From assembly GCF_032062105.1 (NCBI RefSeq), contig NW_026929448.1, positions 248,001-312,000 of the forward strand: 64,000 nucleotides of DNA, read 5' to 3'. The notes beneath the pieces were generated by a model. The model made no database searches and was not told the origin of the DNA. It worked only from the letters and a program-made list of their open reading frames with translations. Origin of the DNA: Saccostrea cucullata. Its lineage: Eukaryota. The translations under genes and the position numbers were made by a program. Numbering within the stretch: the stretch's first letter is position 1; each line of letters opens with the position of its first letter. Positions 36,948 through 51,400 of the stretch are shown here, piece by piece.

Positions 36948-39660
36948 TCACATTTCACAATCAGAATACTTGGCAGGTACTTTGACGATGCGCCCAGATC
37001 TTGTTTGCTGAGGGATGGATAGACACGCATATGAATTCGACTTGACAGATTTGGAAGGATTTGCGACAGGTGAAGTGGTGGGTTTTGGAACTTCATCCAG
37101 TGGTCTTGATCGAGTTGGAATTGCATCCGCATTTGCAAATGGCTGAAAGTTTTCCTTCGGAATATTCCTCAATAACGGAGTTGACTGCGTTGGTCTGAGC
37201 ATTTTCCGATTCCTTCTGTAAAGTTTGCTGTCAGGGGTCTGCACAATGTATGACCTCGGTGCGTGATGTTTTGACTTAACTGTAGCATGTTTCCAGATGT
37301 TGCCATCCTGAATCATAACTTGATCTCCATCCTTGAGTTCTGGTAGCACATTGCCCGCTTTTCTGTCATAGTAGATCTTAGATTTCACTTGTCGCTTTTG
37401 TAGTTTCTCCTGTATTTGTTTTGAGTTTGATGGACGTAATAATTTACTTGTAGTAGGAAGTGAGGTTTTCAAACGTCTGTTCAAGAATAGCTGAGCTGGT
37501 GACTGACCTATATCTAATGGCGTATTGCGGTAGTCCATCAAAGACTTGTATGGATCTGATGACTTCTTTAGTAAGCGTTTCACTGTTTGAAGCATTCTTT
37601 CTACTTGACCGTTTGACTGAGCAAAATAAGGACTAGACGTAATATGAGTAAATCCATAGTCCTGAGCAAATTGTTTGAATTCATTACATGAGTACTGCGG
37701 ACCATTATCTGAAATCACTTCATCAGGAATCCCATATTTTTCGAACTGGCTTTTCAAAGCTGCAATCACATAGGTTGCTGAGGGTTCAGTTAATTTCATG
37801 ACTTCTGGGCATTTGGAATAGTAGTCGACGGTCAGTATATAATGCTTGGAGTTCAGCATAAACAAATCAGTGGATACTTTAGCCCACGGGCGGTCAGGTA
37901 AGTCAACTAAGACCAGTGGCTCTTTCAGGTTGCTGTTCTGAGTTTCAGCACATATAGCACATTTGGAGACCATGTCTTCTATTTGAGACGACATTCCTGG
38001 CCAATATATGACTTCACATGCTCGATTTTTACATTTCACTCTTCCCATGTGCGCCTGGTGAATAATGTTGAGCATTTCTGCTTGCATTGACTTTGGAATT
38101 ATAAGCTTGTCTCCTTTGTATAAAAGACCATCTAAGCAAGCGATTTTATCTCTGAATGACCAATATAGATGTAGACAATTTGGTAGGTGGTCTTTGTCTG
38201 ATGGCCAGCCATTCTGGACTGTGTCTCTTAACGACTGTAAGAAATCATCATCTGCCGTCTTCTCCTGTAGTTCAACATAGCGTTTCTGTGACACTGGTAA
38301 GTATGTGGCAGGTGAGACTAAGTTTACTTCCAGATCAGGAACAAGTTCTTCCTCTGTTTCATGTAAGTATGCTCGACTGAGTGTGTCTGCAATGTAGAGT
38401 AACTTTCCTGGCTTGTATTGAACATTCAAGTCATACTTCTGTAGAGTTAGTAGGAGTCGCTGTAATCGCATAGGTGCTTTACATAGAGGTTTGCTGAATA
38501 TCGACTGTAGTAGTTTGTGATCTGTTTCCACATTTACCAATCTGCCGTAGACATACTGGTGGAATTTTTGGCATCCATAAACAACAGCCAATGTTTCTTT
38601 TTCAATTTGTGCATAGTTTTGTTGTGATGATGTAAGAGCACGGGAACCATATGCGATAGGTCTTCCTTCTTGTATCAAAACTGCTCCAATTCCCTTAGAG
38701 CTCGCATCTACAGATAATGTCAGTGGTAAATGAGGGTCATAATACCTCAAAACAGATGCGTTCGTTGCCATCGTTTTTTAATGTTTCAAAGCTCTCGTCA
38801 TGCTGAGCTGTCCAGTTCCAATCTGCATGGTTTTCAGTGAGTTTCCGCAGTGGTGTGCTGACTTCAGACATCCGAGGCATAAATTTTCCGAGGTACTGTA
38901 CAAATCCAAGGAAAGTAAGTAATTCACATTTGTTGGTTGGCTTTTCCATAGCTATGACGGCAGGGATTTTCTCTGGATCCGGTTTCACGCCTTCATCTGT
39001 CAACATATGTCCAACATATTTCATACTTTTGCAACGTATCTTACACTTGTCCAAGCTAAGTTTGAGATTGAACTCTCTGGCCTTTTCCAATACCTTCTTG
39101 AGACGTTCATCATGTTCCTGTTCTGTTGAACCCATATCAAAATATCGTCTATTATCGCCTCTGCTCCTGGTATGTCTTCTACCATCTGTGAGGTTATTTT
39201 CTGAAACACTTCAGATGCTGATTTTATACCAAATGGTAATCTTGTAAAACGAAAACGCCCAAATGGAGTGTTGAAAGTTGTAAGTTTCGAGCTTTCTTCA
39301 TCCAGCCTGATCTGCCAAAAGCCAGACACAGCATCAAGCTTACTGAAAACTTTGGCGTTTGGCATGTTGGCTATGACTTCATCTATTGTTTTTAATGGAA
39401 AATGTTCTCTTAGTATGGCCCTATTCAGATCCTTTGGGTCAATACAAATGCGAATCTTCTGTCCTTTGTTCACCACTACAATGCTGTTGACCCATGGGGT
39501 CGGTTCTGTTTGCTTAATAATCACACCAGAGTCCTCCATAGACTCAAGCTCAGCGCGCACTTTATCCAATAACGAAATGGGAATTTTTCTTGGCGGGTGA
39601 ACAACAGGTTGTACACTTGAATCAATTTTGATTGAATGAGTTTCTGGCAGGCAACCCAGT
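36948..39660 (-). pseudogene. pol: Outer Gypsy pol (RT, RNase H, integrase), frameshifted
   Basis: RICIDPKDLN, FSKLDAVSGFWQ, IIDDILIW (RT); VDASSKG, YAQIEKE (RH); H-x3-H...C-x2-C, DLF, SDNGPQY, SNGQVER (IN). Split across ORFs 39021-39569, 38737-39135 and 36948-38771. Confidence 0.92.
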
Positions 39661-40915
39661 CCTCGAAATCTTCATAATCACTTCCTGGGAAAATATCAGA
39701 TAAAGTCTTTAAAACTGGGGTGTCCTCATCTATGACATTCACACGATAGACGAGATTCAATGATTTACACGATTGGGCTCCAATGACGTTCGGTGCGTCC
39801 AAGTCAATGATGTAGAAATCAGTTGTGTATTTGCATCCTTTGTGAGTCAGCTCAAGTTGCGCAACACCACTTGGTTCTATCACATGTCCTGAGTAAGATT
39901 TCAAACGAAATGCTGGTTTCTTGAGTTCTTCACAGAGTTTTAACTGTTTGAAAGTTTTTCTGTTCAACACATTGCACTTTGCTCCTGTATCTAATTGGAA
40001 TTCAACCATTGTCCCACAAAGTTGTAGTTTTGTTGACCAGTCTGCATTCGTACTGTTAACATCTTTGGTAAGCATTCCAAGAAATAAAGTGTCATCTGAA
40101 TCATCTGACTCCTCCTGAAGGGTGTGTACAGATTTGTTGCTTTTATTCTTGAATTTGTGCTTTGATGTATAAGACACTTTCGATCTACACACACACTCAT
40201 AGTGGTCCCGCTTGTTACATTTTCTGCAGAGTCTACCAATGGCTGGACAAGTTTCTCCTCTTTCGTGCTCAGACATACCACATCTTGTGCAACTTGTGAA
40301 CGATTTCTGATGCTTAAAGTGTTTCCGTGGTCCTTGTGTGGGTTTTGTTTTGGCTTGACCGGTATAGTGATTTATTTTCTGTCTTTTTATTATGTCAATC
40401 ATTGGATCCTGTTCATGCATTGTTTTTAGTTGGGCTTGTGATAACTCGTAAGTACGTGCAATGTCTATTGCCTTCTCTAACGTGAGATTTGAGCCCTCAT
40501 TTATCAGTTTGTCACGGATTTTGTCCGACCTTACTCCGAATAGTAGCCTATCTCTCACCATCTCGTCTGCATTTTGGTATCCGCAGTCCTTTACACCAAC
40601 TTTTAAAGCTGTGATAAATTGTTCACATGAGTCACTTTCACTTTGTACAATGCATTGAAATTTATACCTAGCGAATACGTGGTTGGACTTTGGTTCTACA
40701 TATGCCTTGAATTTCCCGTATAAAGTTTCAAGTGATTTTTTTTCATCATTGTCTAGATTCCAAGTTCCATATATTTCTCTACCCTTATCACCAACCCATA
40801 TCATCAAAAAACTGCATTTTTATTCTTCATTCTTTTTCTTGAGTGGACCATTAAACATGAATTCAACGTGTGTTTTGAATGTCTGCCATGCTTTCGGCAG
40901 GTCAACCGCGTTCCA
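39660..40915 (-). pseudogene. gag: Outer Gypsy gag-protease (N-terminal codons at 45591-45643)
   Basis: Paired Cys/His knuckles CTRCG...H...CPA...CRKCNKRDHYECVC and protease LDTGA. Removing the 40916-45595 insertion restores MTDVCSAVAGSTPSLNWNAVDLPKAWQTFK. Premature TAA at 40820-40822. Confidence 0.88.
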
Positions 40916-43900
40916 CAGGTTGGACACACACCTCCAAATGGTCATTTAACACCCGTTTGGTGGTCAATCGCCCATTTCGGCGTCTTTTTAACCTACCAAA
41001 TGGTGGTCTTTTTTATTCAAATCCATTTTTTATTGAAATAAAGCAAAAGCGCATTTACTTAGGCATTTGGGAATTTAAATTAACATATTCCTCGCACATT
41101 TAATACAATTTAGGCAAATTTTCATGTGGAATTTCTATGAAACATCGTAAAAACAAAACCCCCAATTCTTTTATGACGGCCGAACTATTTGGTCTAACAA
41201 TACGAAAAATTATTTTGTTGTGTACAGTTCGGTAAAAAATATATTTAAACAAGAGGTGTTAGTCTAGAGAAGTAACTTTTCAAATGATCTTTCAATCTGC
41301 ATTTATATAATTCTCTATAAAATCCCGTTAAACACGAGCTCCTCGTATTGTATTCGTATGGTGGGCACTTATCGCAATAATATTCATTTTCCTACATTTG
41401 AATATAACATTTATTCTTTATTTTCTTTTAGGATGAAGTTACGATTTCTGTGTGACCCTTTGTGGTTTATTATGCATATCTATGATGTATCTACCTTATT
41501 TATTAAATATTTTTGAATAAAGTACGGTATTAGCAGTAATTCGCCGAAAATAATACGATATTTTAATCTTCTTTGTAAAATTTTCTGATGTTTTGCTTTG
41601 AAGTAAGGAAGATGCGAACTAAATTCTACAGGCACAAACATGACGTAATTTTTAACTATGACGTCACTAATGCGCGCTAAACATGTAATGGTCGTGTAAA
41701 ATCGTTAAATTATATTGAAAAATGAGTAATCTTTGCTGAAATTAGACCCTTTCACCTGCAACAACCACTTTTATACTCCGCATATAAGTTCATCATTACA
41801 TATCGCAGTTACACTTTTAGAATAGTGTTGGTTGTCACCTGTGATCAATATGAATTTTGCAAAAGTTAACATACGGAAAAAAGATATTTTACCGACACAA
41901 TTTTCATGATATCGATGTTAATGACGCATAATTGACACACAATGAGATTCTCTGATTTTAAGTACCATCACTGGATATCGTAAACTATTAATACTTATGG
42001 ATGTGAATAAAAAATTTTGAAAACGAAGAATAAATGGTACCTAAAGATGCCGCTTGTACTTATGCTGTTTGTACATCATCTGCACAAAGTGTATAGACTA
42101 TAGTGTCCGTTGATTGTACATGTAGTATTGAACAACAGTACTAAAATATCCTAGACCTCAATTCATTCCACAAAAATAGCACAAAAATATTTTTTTTTAA
42201 AGATTAATTTTAAAAAATCGGAATTACCTCAGTATAATTATGTTTTCTACGAATCTTCCTCAAAGTACATGTGTATGTAGTCTTACTATAGTCATAGTGT
42301 GACCTCAGAACAATAATATGACAAACATAAAATTAAAATAAAATGTATATGCATCGAATAAGATCAATTTTAATGTAACACTAAAAGTATGGTCAAACAT
42401 TGAATATGTTTTAAAGCTTTTATTGTGAAAAATAAATATTATAATATTCTTGATAATAATAAATCTGCAGTAGTTGGTAGCAGTTCAACAAACCATACAT
42501 GTAAAAAGGTTGCCGAATACTATATAGATAGTATGCACATTATTAGTCCGAAATAGCACATACAATTACAAATCTTTATTTTATCACATGTAATTTTTTT
42601 TTGGGGGGGGGGGGGGGCAAATATTTCATGCAGCATCATCCAAAGTTATAGATTACATGTTTACACAAATTTATATTTTGAAGCCAGTGGTAGATCGGGA
42701 AGGGGGGTGGTCTTGCTAAAACGCTGAACGGAAAGCGGAACGGAACATTAGTGTCAAGCAAATATACTAGATTCTAAATAAATTACACAAAAAGCAATTT
42801 TCTTGATATAAATGTCATTTATAATGAAAATTCATCTATTTTTTTTAAGCACGTTATCTGTAAAGACATATGTTTGACATTCAGCTCATGCATACATGTA
42901 CATTTATGTAGAAAAGAATCCAAGAATCTTATAGAAAGGGGGGGGGGGGGGGTTGGGGTCTGGGCAGGGGCCCACAACCTCACCAAAAATTCATTTATGA
43001 AATCTTATGTATATTTTGGACACAAAAACCCCCCCCCCCCCCCTTAAATCCGCCAGCTTTGCAGTGGCATGATATGCATATCAAGGAATTCAAATATTAA
43101 TAGCTGAAAAATTAAAGAAAATTCTTGCAAATTAACTAAATACATGTAATTCTTTTTCTTTAATTGAAGCGGCTTAGTATAAATTTTAACATCATTGTTC
43201 CATTTCAGGTGTGTAGCAAAGTTATCCTGTTATGGGTGCCTGTAATCATAATCTTCAGAATTTTTTTTTTAGATTTTAGTTCTCTCACCATGGATCATTT
43301 ATAATAATGGTCATTGACACACACATACCCCCCCCCCCTTTGCCCTACACATCTTTTTTGCTAATGTGATTAAGGCTGACTGGAAGTAATTGTACGTTTG
43401 ATGTGACCTATAAACTTCAAAACCTACGAGGGAGGAAGGGAAAAATTAAACAAACGAAATCTTCGAAGAAATGAGCACTAGTATTTACTCATTTATGAAT
43501 TAAAGTACAGTCAATATTTGTAATCATGTAGGCTTCCTGTTTCATAATGGTTTTAAGTAAACTTGTCACTTTACATGAAAGAATAGACTCTCAGAGGGTT
43601 CACATGTTGTCTATTTCTATATATGGAATGTATAGTTTTGCTAAAAGTAAAAGAACACTTTAAATATGTTGACTTTTTCGAGTGCCAATTTCACCGAGAC
43701 ATCCGTGCACGGTATACGAACTTCGGGCAGCCTAAAGTTGTAAGTTGTGTGTAAAAAAAAATGTACTGAGAGAAGATAAGTTTGAACTTGATTAATCCCC
43801 CTTCCAAATCAAACAGCTTGTCACGATCTTTCAGGGTAAGTTTTTTTATTCTACCCCCGCCCCTTTTCAAAAGCAAAATACTTGCGTACGTCACTGCTGA

Positions 43901-45590
43901 TTTTCGTGAATAAGAGACAGGACATAACTAAATCAACTTGTATTTAAGAAAGAGGGATTAAATATGCATAAGATACACCGTATATGAAAAAATTTGTGTA
44001 ATTAAAGGGATTTTATCTAGCTGAAATCATATTTTCCGTTTCCTTCCGCGCTTTAGCAACTCCCGGAAAGGGGGATGCTAATTCGGTAAAAAAAAAAAGA
44101 AAGAAAGAAAGAAAGACTCGTACCCATGCTAGTGGAATTCTGAAAATCTTACAGTGGTCAGCGACATCCAGCAGCTTTTGACTTATCTGATCAAGCTAAA
44201 TGCTTCCCTGCCCTTCATCCTTGGATTTTCAGATAAGTAGAGAGTCATACAGATGAAACCAAAACAAGTCTTACATAACCCTCCCGAATCTTTGTTACGA
44301 AGAAAAGCAGATTGCAAGTTGTCAGCAATAAAATAAGTGTTGATGTACACAGATACGGGTATTTCAAAACTTAAATCCAGGTACATGTATTATATCCGTA
44401 ATGTCCAATAGCATACACAATACATTCCTTAATTTATGATCACGACGGTCATGTGCGTAGAAAAAGTCGTATCTACTTTTTATACTTCTACTTTCTTATC
44501 CACATATTAGTACATGTTTTATGTATGATAAAATGCCATCACTTCATAGCATAATGCATTTTGTACGATAGAAAACGGTATGGCGTGAATTGGGACTTAC
44601 CAAGGAATGCAATAAAATGAGAGTAAATATTTACGAGAAAAATATTATTGAATCAACAGCTTAATTTCTTCAATATGTAATAAAAACTGTGTCCTAGCGA
44701 ATAAGTTGAAATTTTCAGATTACGCTTATTGTACACGTTAAATGTATGGCGTCGCGTCAAAATTCTTCGTAAAATATTGACGTTTTGCTATAAAAGGTAC
44801 AGTATTGAGCGTTATTTTTGCAATGCATACATTTGAGACAGGTATATAAATTATGTTTCATTTAATTCTACAAATCCTAAGGTTTTTAAGATGTTCTGAA
44901 CCGAGCAGGTCTGACAAGCGGCATTTTTTGGCCAATATCGTACTTTGTTCTTTACAAAGTGACATTCGCAGTTATTTTTGTTTATATTCCAAGATTTGGT
45001 TTTCGAGCGATTATTTTATCATGAATTCACGACATATCGTATTTTTGTAAAGAATAAAGCCATAACCTGCGAAGTTAACGATATAAAAGCGAATTTTTAC
45101 CTTTCCTCTTATTTTACTTTTTGAAAATTTTCACTAATGGGCCTCCGTAGTTAAATCAGTCTTTTGACCCAAGTTCGGAAAAGATCGTCATTTTTAATTG
45201 GTTAAGATAATTGATCGGTTACCCGGATGACAGAAATATGAAGTGATAAACACGATTAATAGGCTCAACTAAGCGCGAGATGGAGGGAATTTTTCTTTTT
45301 GAGTTAAAACACAGAAACGTTACACTTGCTTACATAGGTGACGATTTTGTCAAATATTTGAACGACACTGCGCAAAAAAGTCCGAAATTCTGATTTTTTT
45401 CGTTCAAAGTTTAGAAAAATATCTATATTTAATTCCCCGTTAGTTGAAATTATGCGCCATTTCACGTCATTCCAGAGAACTGAACAAAACGATTTTTCTC
45501 TCCCATTTGTAAGGTTAAAAAGACGCCGATATGGGCGACTGACCACCAAACAGGGGTTAAATGACCATTTGGGGGTGTGTGCCCAACCTG
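40916..45590. mobile_element. Non-autonomous DNA transposon with ~88-bp TIRs and 5-bp TSD (hAT5-like by termini and TSD)
   Basis: CAGGTTGG...CCAACCTG termini; TIRs about 40916-41003 and 45503-45590; TTCCA at 40911-40915 and 45591-45595; splits gag codon 18; no recognisable transposase. Confidence 0.88.
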
Positions 45591-45695
45591 TTCCAGTTTA
45601 GACTTGGCGTTGAGCCAGCTACTGCACTGCATACATCAGTCATGTTGCTTATTTTGTTTTATTTGTGAACTTACTCTTTTAAGCCCTTTTACTTT

Positions 45696-45949
45696 TGTGG
45701 TGGTCTTGGAGGAGCCGGGGACGAATTCCCCGGTAGCCTCCGATCACGTGTCCAGCAATGATGCGGTATGACGTAACACTCTCTCTCTTGTGCTGATTGT
45801 TGAACCGATTGGACGTGTTACCTTATTCTCTGTAAGTCACTGTATTATTGTCACATATATTTGGCGACCACTAACTAATAAACGTGCGGAATTTTACCAT
45901 AGTGTTTCTGTTGTCCGCCATCACAGATATGTAATACAGAAATACTATA
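45696..45949 (+). repeat. 5' LTR of inner Gypsy
   Basis: Direct repeat of 54116-54369; contains AATAAA; followed by the PBS. Confidence 0.95.
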
Positions 45950-45950
45950 T

Positions 45951-45969
45951 TGGCGCTGCGAGCAGGGTT
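45951..45969 (+). promoter_or_regulatory. Primer-binding site, tRNA-Ser-like
   Basis: TGG-initiated sequence 1 nt after the LTR, resembling the complement of metazoan tRNA-Ser 3' ends (from recall). Confidence 0.7.
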
Positions 45970-46415
45970 TTTTTGTCTGGGCAGCGGGGTGCCGGCCTAA
46001 CCACGTGTTGTTAGTGCCGTCGCCATCTTGAATTTTTTGTGACTTTTTATTTTATGATGTAACTCTATAAGGTTAAAGTCTTTGTGTATTTGACTTATTG
46101 TTTTATACTTATAGCGTATTAGCCGCAAGGTATTTTTATGTACTTTTAATAAATTTATCTTGTGATCTGAGGACTGGTGTTATGGACCGAGAGATTAGCT
46201 CGTTTGGTCTAGGTAGAGGGGCTTTGAGACCAGGGGGGCTGGTATGCTCGCGGAGGGGGAGGAGACTGGATTGGTCTGATAGGTACCCCGTTAGAGTGCA
46301 GTCCAGGGAAAGTCCCGCATGCTAAGAGTGTGAAGTTCGTCCCCGGTGTTGCTAGTACACCGATGCCCCAGGGGGGAGTGCCCCGGATAATATCACTCAG
46401 TATGGGGAGGGGGAC

Positions 46416-48480
46416 ATGTCACTCACTCAGGGAGCTATTTCGGAGGGTCTAGGGAAAACACCCGGATGGTCTGCATTTTATTCCCTCTTCCAGGAACGAC
46501 AGCAGATACTGGAGGGAGCGGTTGACCGAATCCAAGGGGAAATGGGTCAGTTCCGAGGGAATATTAGTCAAATTCAAGGTGACCTTGGTATGGTACATAA
46601 AAGGGTGGATACCCTAGGTCAGGATATGGGGGCCCTGAAAGGGGATATTGATGCCCTAGGGACTATTGTGTCAGAACAGCTGGGGTCTATGGGATCTCAT
46701 ATAGGTGCCTTTGAGACAAGTATGGTAAAGCAACTGGGGTCTATGGGATCCGCCATTGGGTCTATGGAGACAAATATGGGGGGCCAGTTGAGTAATATCA
46801 CACAGATGTTGGCTGGATTAATGAAGGCCAGTCAGCCCCAGTCACCCCCACTCATGCAGGATAATAAAGTCGGTCAGCCAGTAGTGACTAGTAGCCAGGG
46901 GAGTCCTTGGGTCCCTAGCGCACTACCCGGACATCAGATGCCTGCAAGTACCCCAGTAGTGTCCGCACAAAGCGGAGAGTCTATACCTGTTTCTGTGGGG
47001 GGACCCAGTGTGCACATGTCTCAAGGTCATTCCTTATCCTCACTTGGCAATGACAGTTTAGTCTCGGGATTGCCGAGCACTATTACTTTGGGTTCATTCG
47101 CGTCAGGGGGGACCGATTACCCAGTACTCCCGCGACATTGCCCTTAGCGTCCGCGCATCATAGTGTTGCTGACTCGAGTGGTCAGGGCGCTGGCCACTAT
47201 GGTAGGTTGGTTGGGGAGTCAGTTATATTAGGGGGTAGTCCGTCGTTTGTGCCCGGTTATAGGGGTTCGCATAATGCAGGACAGAGTCATTCGCTAATGA
47301 CCACCGCGTATCAGAGCCTATTGCCAAGTTTACTACCCGCTGGTACCCGTAGCTGTGTCAGTAAGAATATTCCGGCCGAGGTCAAAGGGGTGAAATATAT
47401 AACGGGGATGTAGAATGGGGACCTTTTTACTCGAAGTTCTCCACTATTGCCGAGTATCATCAGTGGAGCGATCCTGACTCTCTGTTTGCCCTAAGTCTTA
47501 CGTTAGAGGGGGCAGCTCTTAAGTAATTTGATATCCTCAGACGGCGAGGCGCGCTGTTAAGTTTCCGAGAGGTCGTTCTCTGGATGGAGGAGAGATTCGG
47601 AAAAACTTCCCTCAGAGCCGCCTCACAGCTGGAATTCAATTCTATCTGCCAGCGAGCGGACGAAGCTATAGAGCAATGGGGGGACCGAGTTATGGACACT
47701 GCCCAGAAAGCCTTTGGTGGCGGTACTTCGCCAGAGGTATTCCAAGAACAGATAATCGTTCGTTTTGCTCTTGGGTGTAATGACGGCGAGGCGGGGCAGC
47801 AGTTAATTAATAATCCCCCGGGGACTCTAGAAGAAGCGATTAAGAGAGTTAAGACTTATCAGCTTAGTCGCAGAGCTTTAGCCCGCCGGCCGAGAGCGGT
47901 TAGATTGCTATCTAGGGACCGTCAAAATGACCGCAGTCAGTCGCCAAATTCGAGTTATTATCGGGCCAGATCAGATTCTGAGTGTTAAGATCTTTACGTG
48001 GCACGCAGAGGGCGCTCGGAGTCAAGGGACCGCTCTAATCGTGCCAGCGGGGACCGTCCTTATCGTGCCAGCAGGGGCCGTTCACCTGATCGTGCCAGCA
48101 GGGACCGTTCCTATGATCGTGCCAGCGAGGACCGTCCTCGCCGTGCCAGCAGAGACCGTTCTGATCGCCGTGCCATCAGGGACCGCTCCGAGTCGCCGGA
48201 TTTGGATTCAGGTAAGAAGCATTACTCCAGTGACTCGGAGGACCGCACCCGAGGATCAAGTCCAGCGCGAGGATCCTCGAGGGATCCGTCACCGGATAGG
48301 GGCCGTTGTCGCGCACCGAAACCTATAGTATGCTTTGAATGCCAAGAGCCAGGGCACTTGCTTCGCGACTGCCCGATCCGCCAGCGACGGCGTAGATCGG
48401 GGACCCCTAAGCCTTGTCTTAAGTCATCGAGTAATAAATCTAAAGACAAACATAATGCGTCAGACCATGAAACAGATGTC
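46416..48480 (+). pseudogene. gag: Inner Gypsy gag (coiled-coil N-terminus, capsid-like region, RS-rich repeats, CCHC knuckle), disrupted
   Basis: ORF pieces 46416-47147, 47584-47988 and 47998 onward; CFECQEPGHLLRDC; several stops and frameshifts. Confidence 0.8.
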
Positions 48481-51400
48481 AAGTTCTATGAGCCGAATGT
48501 GAACGCGACCTATGTAATTCCGTCTGTTAGGTCCGGTAGTCAAACCATTGGTTCAGGAGCGTGGCGTATTCCGATAAGAGTAGGAGGCCAACAAGTGAAA
48601 GCAACCATCGACACAGCAGCCGATATAACAATAATATCAAGCGACGTTGACAAGTCTTTGAGGCCGCAGCCCGAAGTTATAAGCAATACTAATGTTAGGC
48701 TAGCTGGCGAGGGAGCTGGTATGACCGCTCAGTACCTCGGTTGTCTTAACATACGCATCGGGGATTATGATTTTGCTCACCCGATCTATGTTGGTTCTCT
48801 GCAGGATGAGATGCTCTTAGGAATAGATTTCCTGTGCAAGCATGGTGTAGAAATTTCATGTGAAGCCGGTACTTTAAGGGTCAAGGGCATTGACACTACA
48901 TTTGCTATGAGTGTTGATGAGTCAGTACCAGTACTCGATGCGGTTTCAGTCCGCAGAGTGCGGATCCCCCCGCACGCTGCTCAAATCATCGAGAGTACCC
49001 TTAGTTCCGATATGCCAGAGTTTATGCTGGAGCCAGCCAGCATATTTCCGCCTGGTATAGTAGCTTCGCGGACATACAACACAGCAGGAAACAGAGCCAA
49101 GCTGTGTATCTTGAACTTGACAGACCGAAGTCATATTGTTAAGACAGTCACTAAGGTGGGGAAAGCAGTCCCCGCCGATCTAGTTGATGATGCTAGACCC
49201 ACAGTGCGGCGTGTAACCTTTGAGGGGGATGAGAGTTATGACCATATCGCCCCACTCTTAGAGCAGTTAAATAAGACCGCGCCTGTGGAAGTCAGATCTG
49301 AGGCAGCGGAGCTAGTCAAGAAATTTGCCGATGTCTTTGCTACTGATGACCTTGATCTCGGAAGTTTTTCCGAGATCGAACACCGAATAGACACCAGTAA
49401 CGCGTCTCCTGTCAAGCAGCGGATGCGACGCACCCACGCTGTTTTTCAAGGGGAGGAAGAGGGTCATCTCGATAAGATGTTAAAAGCCGGAGTTATCCAG
49501 CCATCTCCTTCAGACTGGGCGTCCGCCCCAGTTCTGGTCCGGAAGAAGGATGGCAGTGTCCGTTGGTGCGTGGATTATAGAGCCTTGAACAAGGTGACAG
49601 TCAAGGACACGTACCCTCTGCCACTCATCGAGGAGTGCATGGATACGCTAGCGGGGAACCGCTGGTTTTCTAAGCTCGACGCTAACGCGGCTTACTGGCA
49701 AGTTAAGATAGCTCCGGAAGACCGGAAAAAGACTGCCTTTATAACAAAATATGGCTTATTCGAATTTACCAGAATGGGGTTTGGTGTGTGTAATGCCCCC
49801 GCAACCTTCGCTAGGGCCATAAATTTGGTATTACACAGACTTAACTAGAAGATTGTCTTAGCTTTCTTAGACGATATTCTAGTACTTGGATCTTCCGCAC
49901 ACGCTCACCTTGATAACCTACGACAAGTGTTTGAGCGGTTCCGAGCATATGGCCTTAAATTCAAGCCTCGGAAGTGTGAACTATTTAAGACTAAGGTTGA
50001 GTTCCTTGGTAGAACCGTGAGCGGAGTTGAGATGGGGGATCAGTACATCGAGTCAGTGCGTGACTGGCCTGTTCCGCGTGATGTTAAGGGCGTAGAGCGT
50101 TTTTTGGCTTCGCCAATTATCACCGTAGTTTCATCCCTCACTTCTGCAGAATTGCGGCTCCGCTGTATGCGGTTACCGGAAAAAATGGTTTCCGGTGGGG
50201 GGAAGAGCAACATAATGCTTTCGAGGAACTCATTCAGTTAATGACTAGACCTCCAGTTCTAGCGATACCGAACAGTACAGGTCATTTCATCCTGGAAACT
50301 GATGCCTCGGATCTTGCCGTAGGCGGGGAATTAAGCCAAGTCCAGGGTGGGAAAGAAAGAACCATTAAGTATGGGAGTGCTGTGCTATCCGCAGAACAGC
50401 GCAGATATTGTACAACTCGTAAAGAGCTATTGGCGGTAATTAAGTTTACCAGACAATTCCGCCATTACCTGCTGGGTCGTGAGTTCACAGTCAGGACCGA
50501 TCATCATAGCCTGGTCTGGCTGATGAACTTCAAGCATCCGCAGAACCAGATTGCTCCATGGCTCGAGGAACTGAGCCAGTACAACATGCGGATCGTACAC
50601 CGCCCGGGGAAGAAGCATGTGAATGCTGACGCTCTGTCCCGGGATATACCCGATTCATGCCAGGGGTACTCGACGAGAATTAGGGTCGAAGACTTGCCCT
50701 GCGGCGGATGCCGTTATTGCCGCCGAGCCCATGAGCGCTGGCATGACTTTAATACTGAAATAGACGATGTAATTCCTTTGTCCCAACTCTTTGACGAAGC
50801 GCCTGTGCCAGCGGAGATTCCGTCCGCTGAGGGGGGTAACTGTAGTTCATTAGATCCCACCCTTCGTCAGGCCATTGTTTCTAGTTCTTGGGAAGATACT
50901 CCCTCGACTGTGAGTGCGTCTGCACTCCCCAGTTTTTAGATTAATGTTAGTGGGGTATCAAGTTTAGATCCCAAGATTGAGACAGTTAGTCCTCAAGTCT
51001 GTCAGGTAACAGGTGACACTGCGGGAATTTCGCTATCCTCATACAGTCCCGCAGACCTAGCTCAGAAACAGAAAAATGACAAAGCTATAGTTTACCTAAG
51101 ACAGTACTTAGAGTTTGGGGACCTACCTACCGAATGTGACTTAATTATCTGTAGTCCGGAAGGGAAGTGCTATCTTCTGGAGCGAGACTGTTTTTATCTC
51201 GACGAGACAGGAGTAGTTTGGCGAGAACCGGATGACTCGGATACGCCCCGTCGGCTTCTAGTGCCGCGGAGTCTCAGATCCGAAATGATGCACTTATGTC
51301 ATGACATACCGTCCTCTGGTCACCAGGGAATATAGAGAACTAAAGAACGCCTTAAACAACAGTTCTACTGGTGGCAGATGACAAAGGACATAAAGCTATA

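Noticed and set aside
43691-44386. Possible transposase remnants in the 5-bp-TSD element
   Set aside because: Short ORFs with no motif I can recognise.
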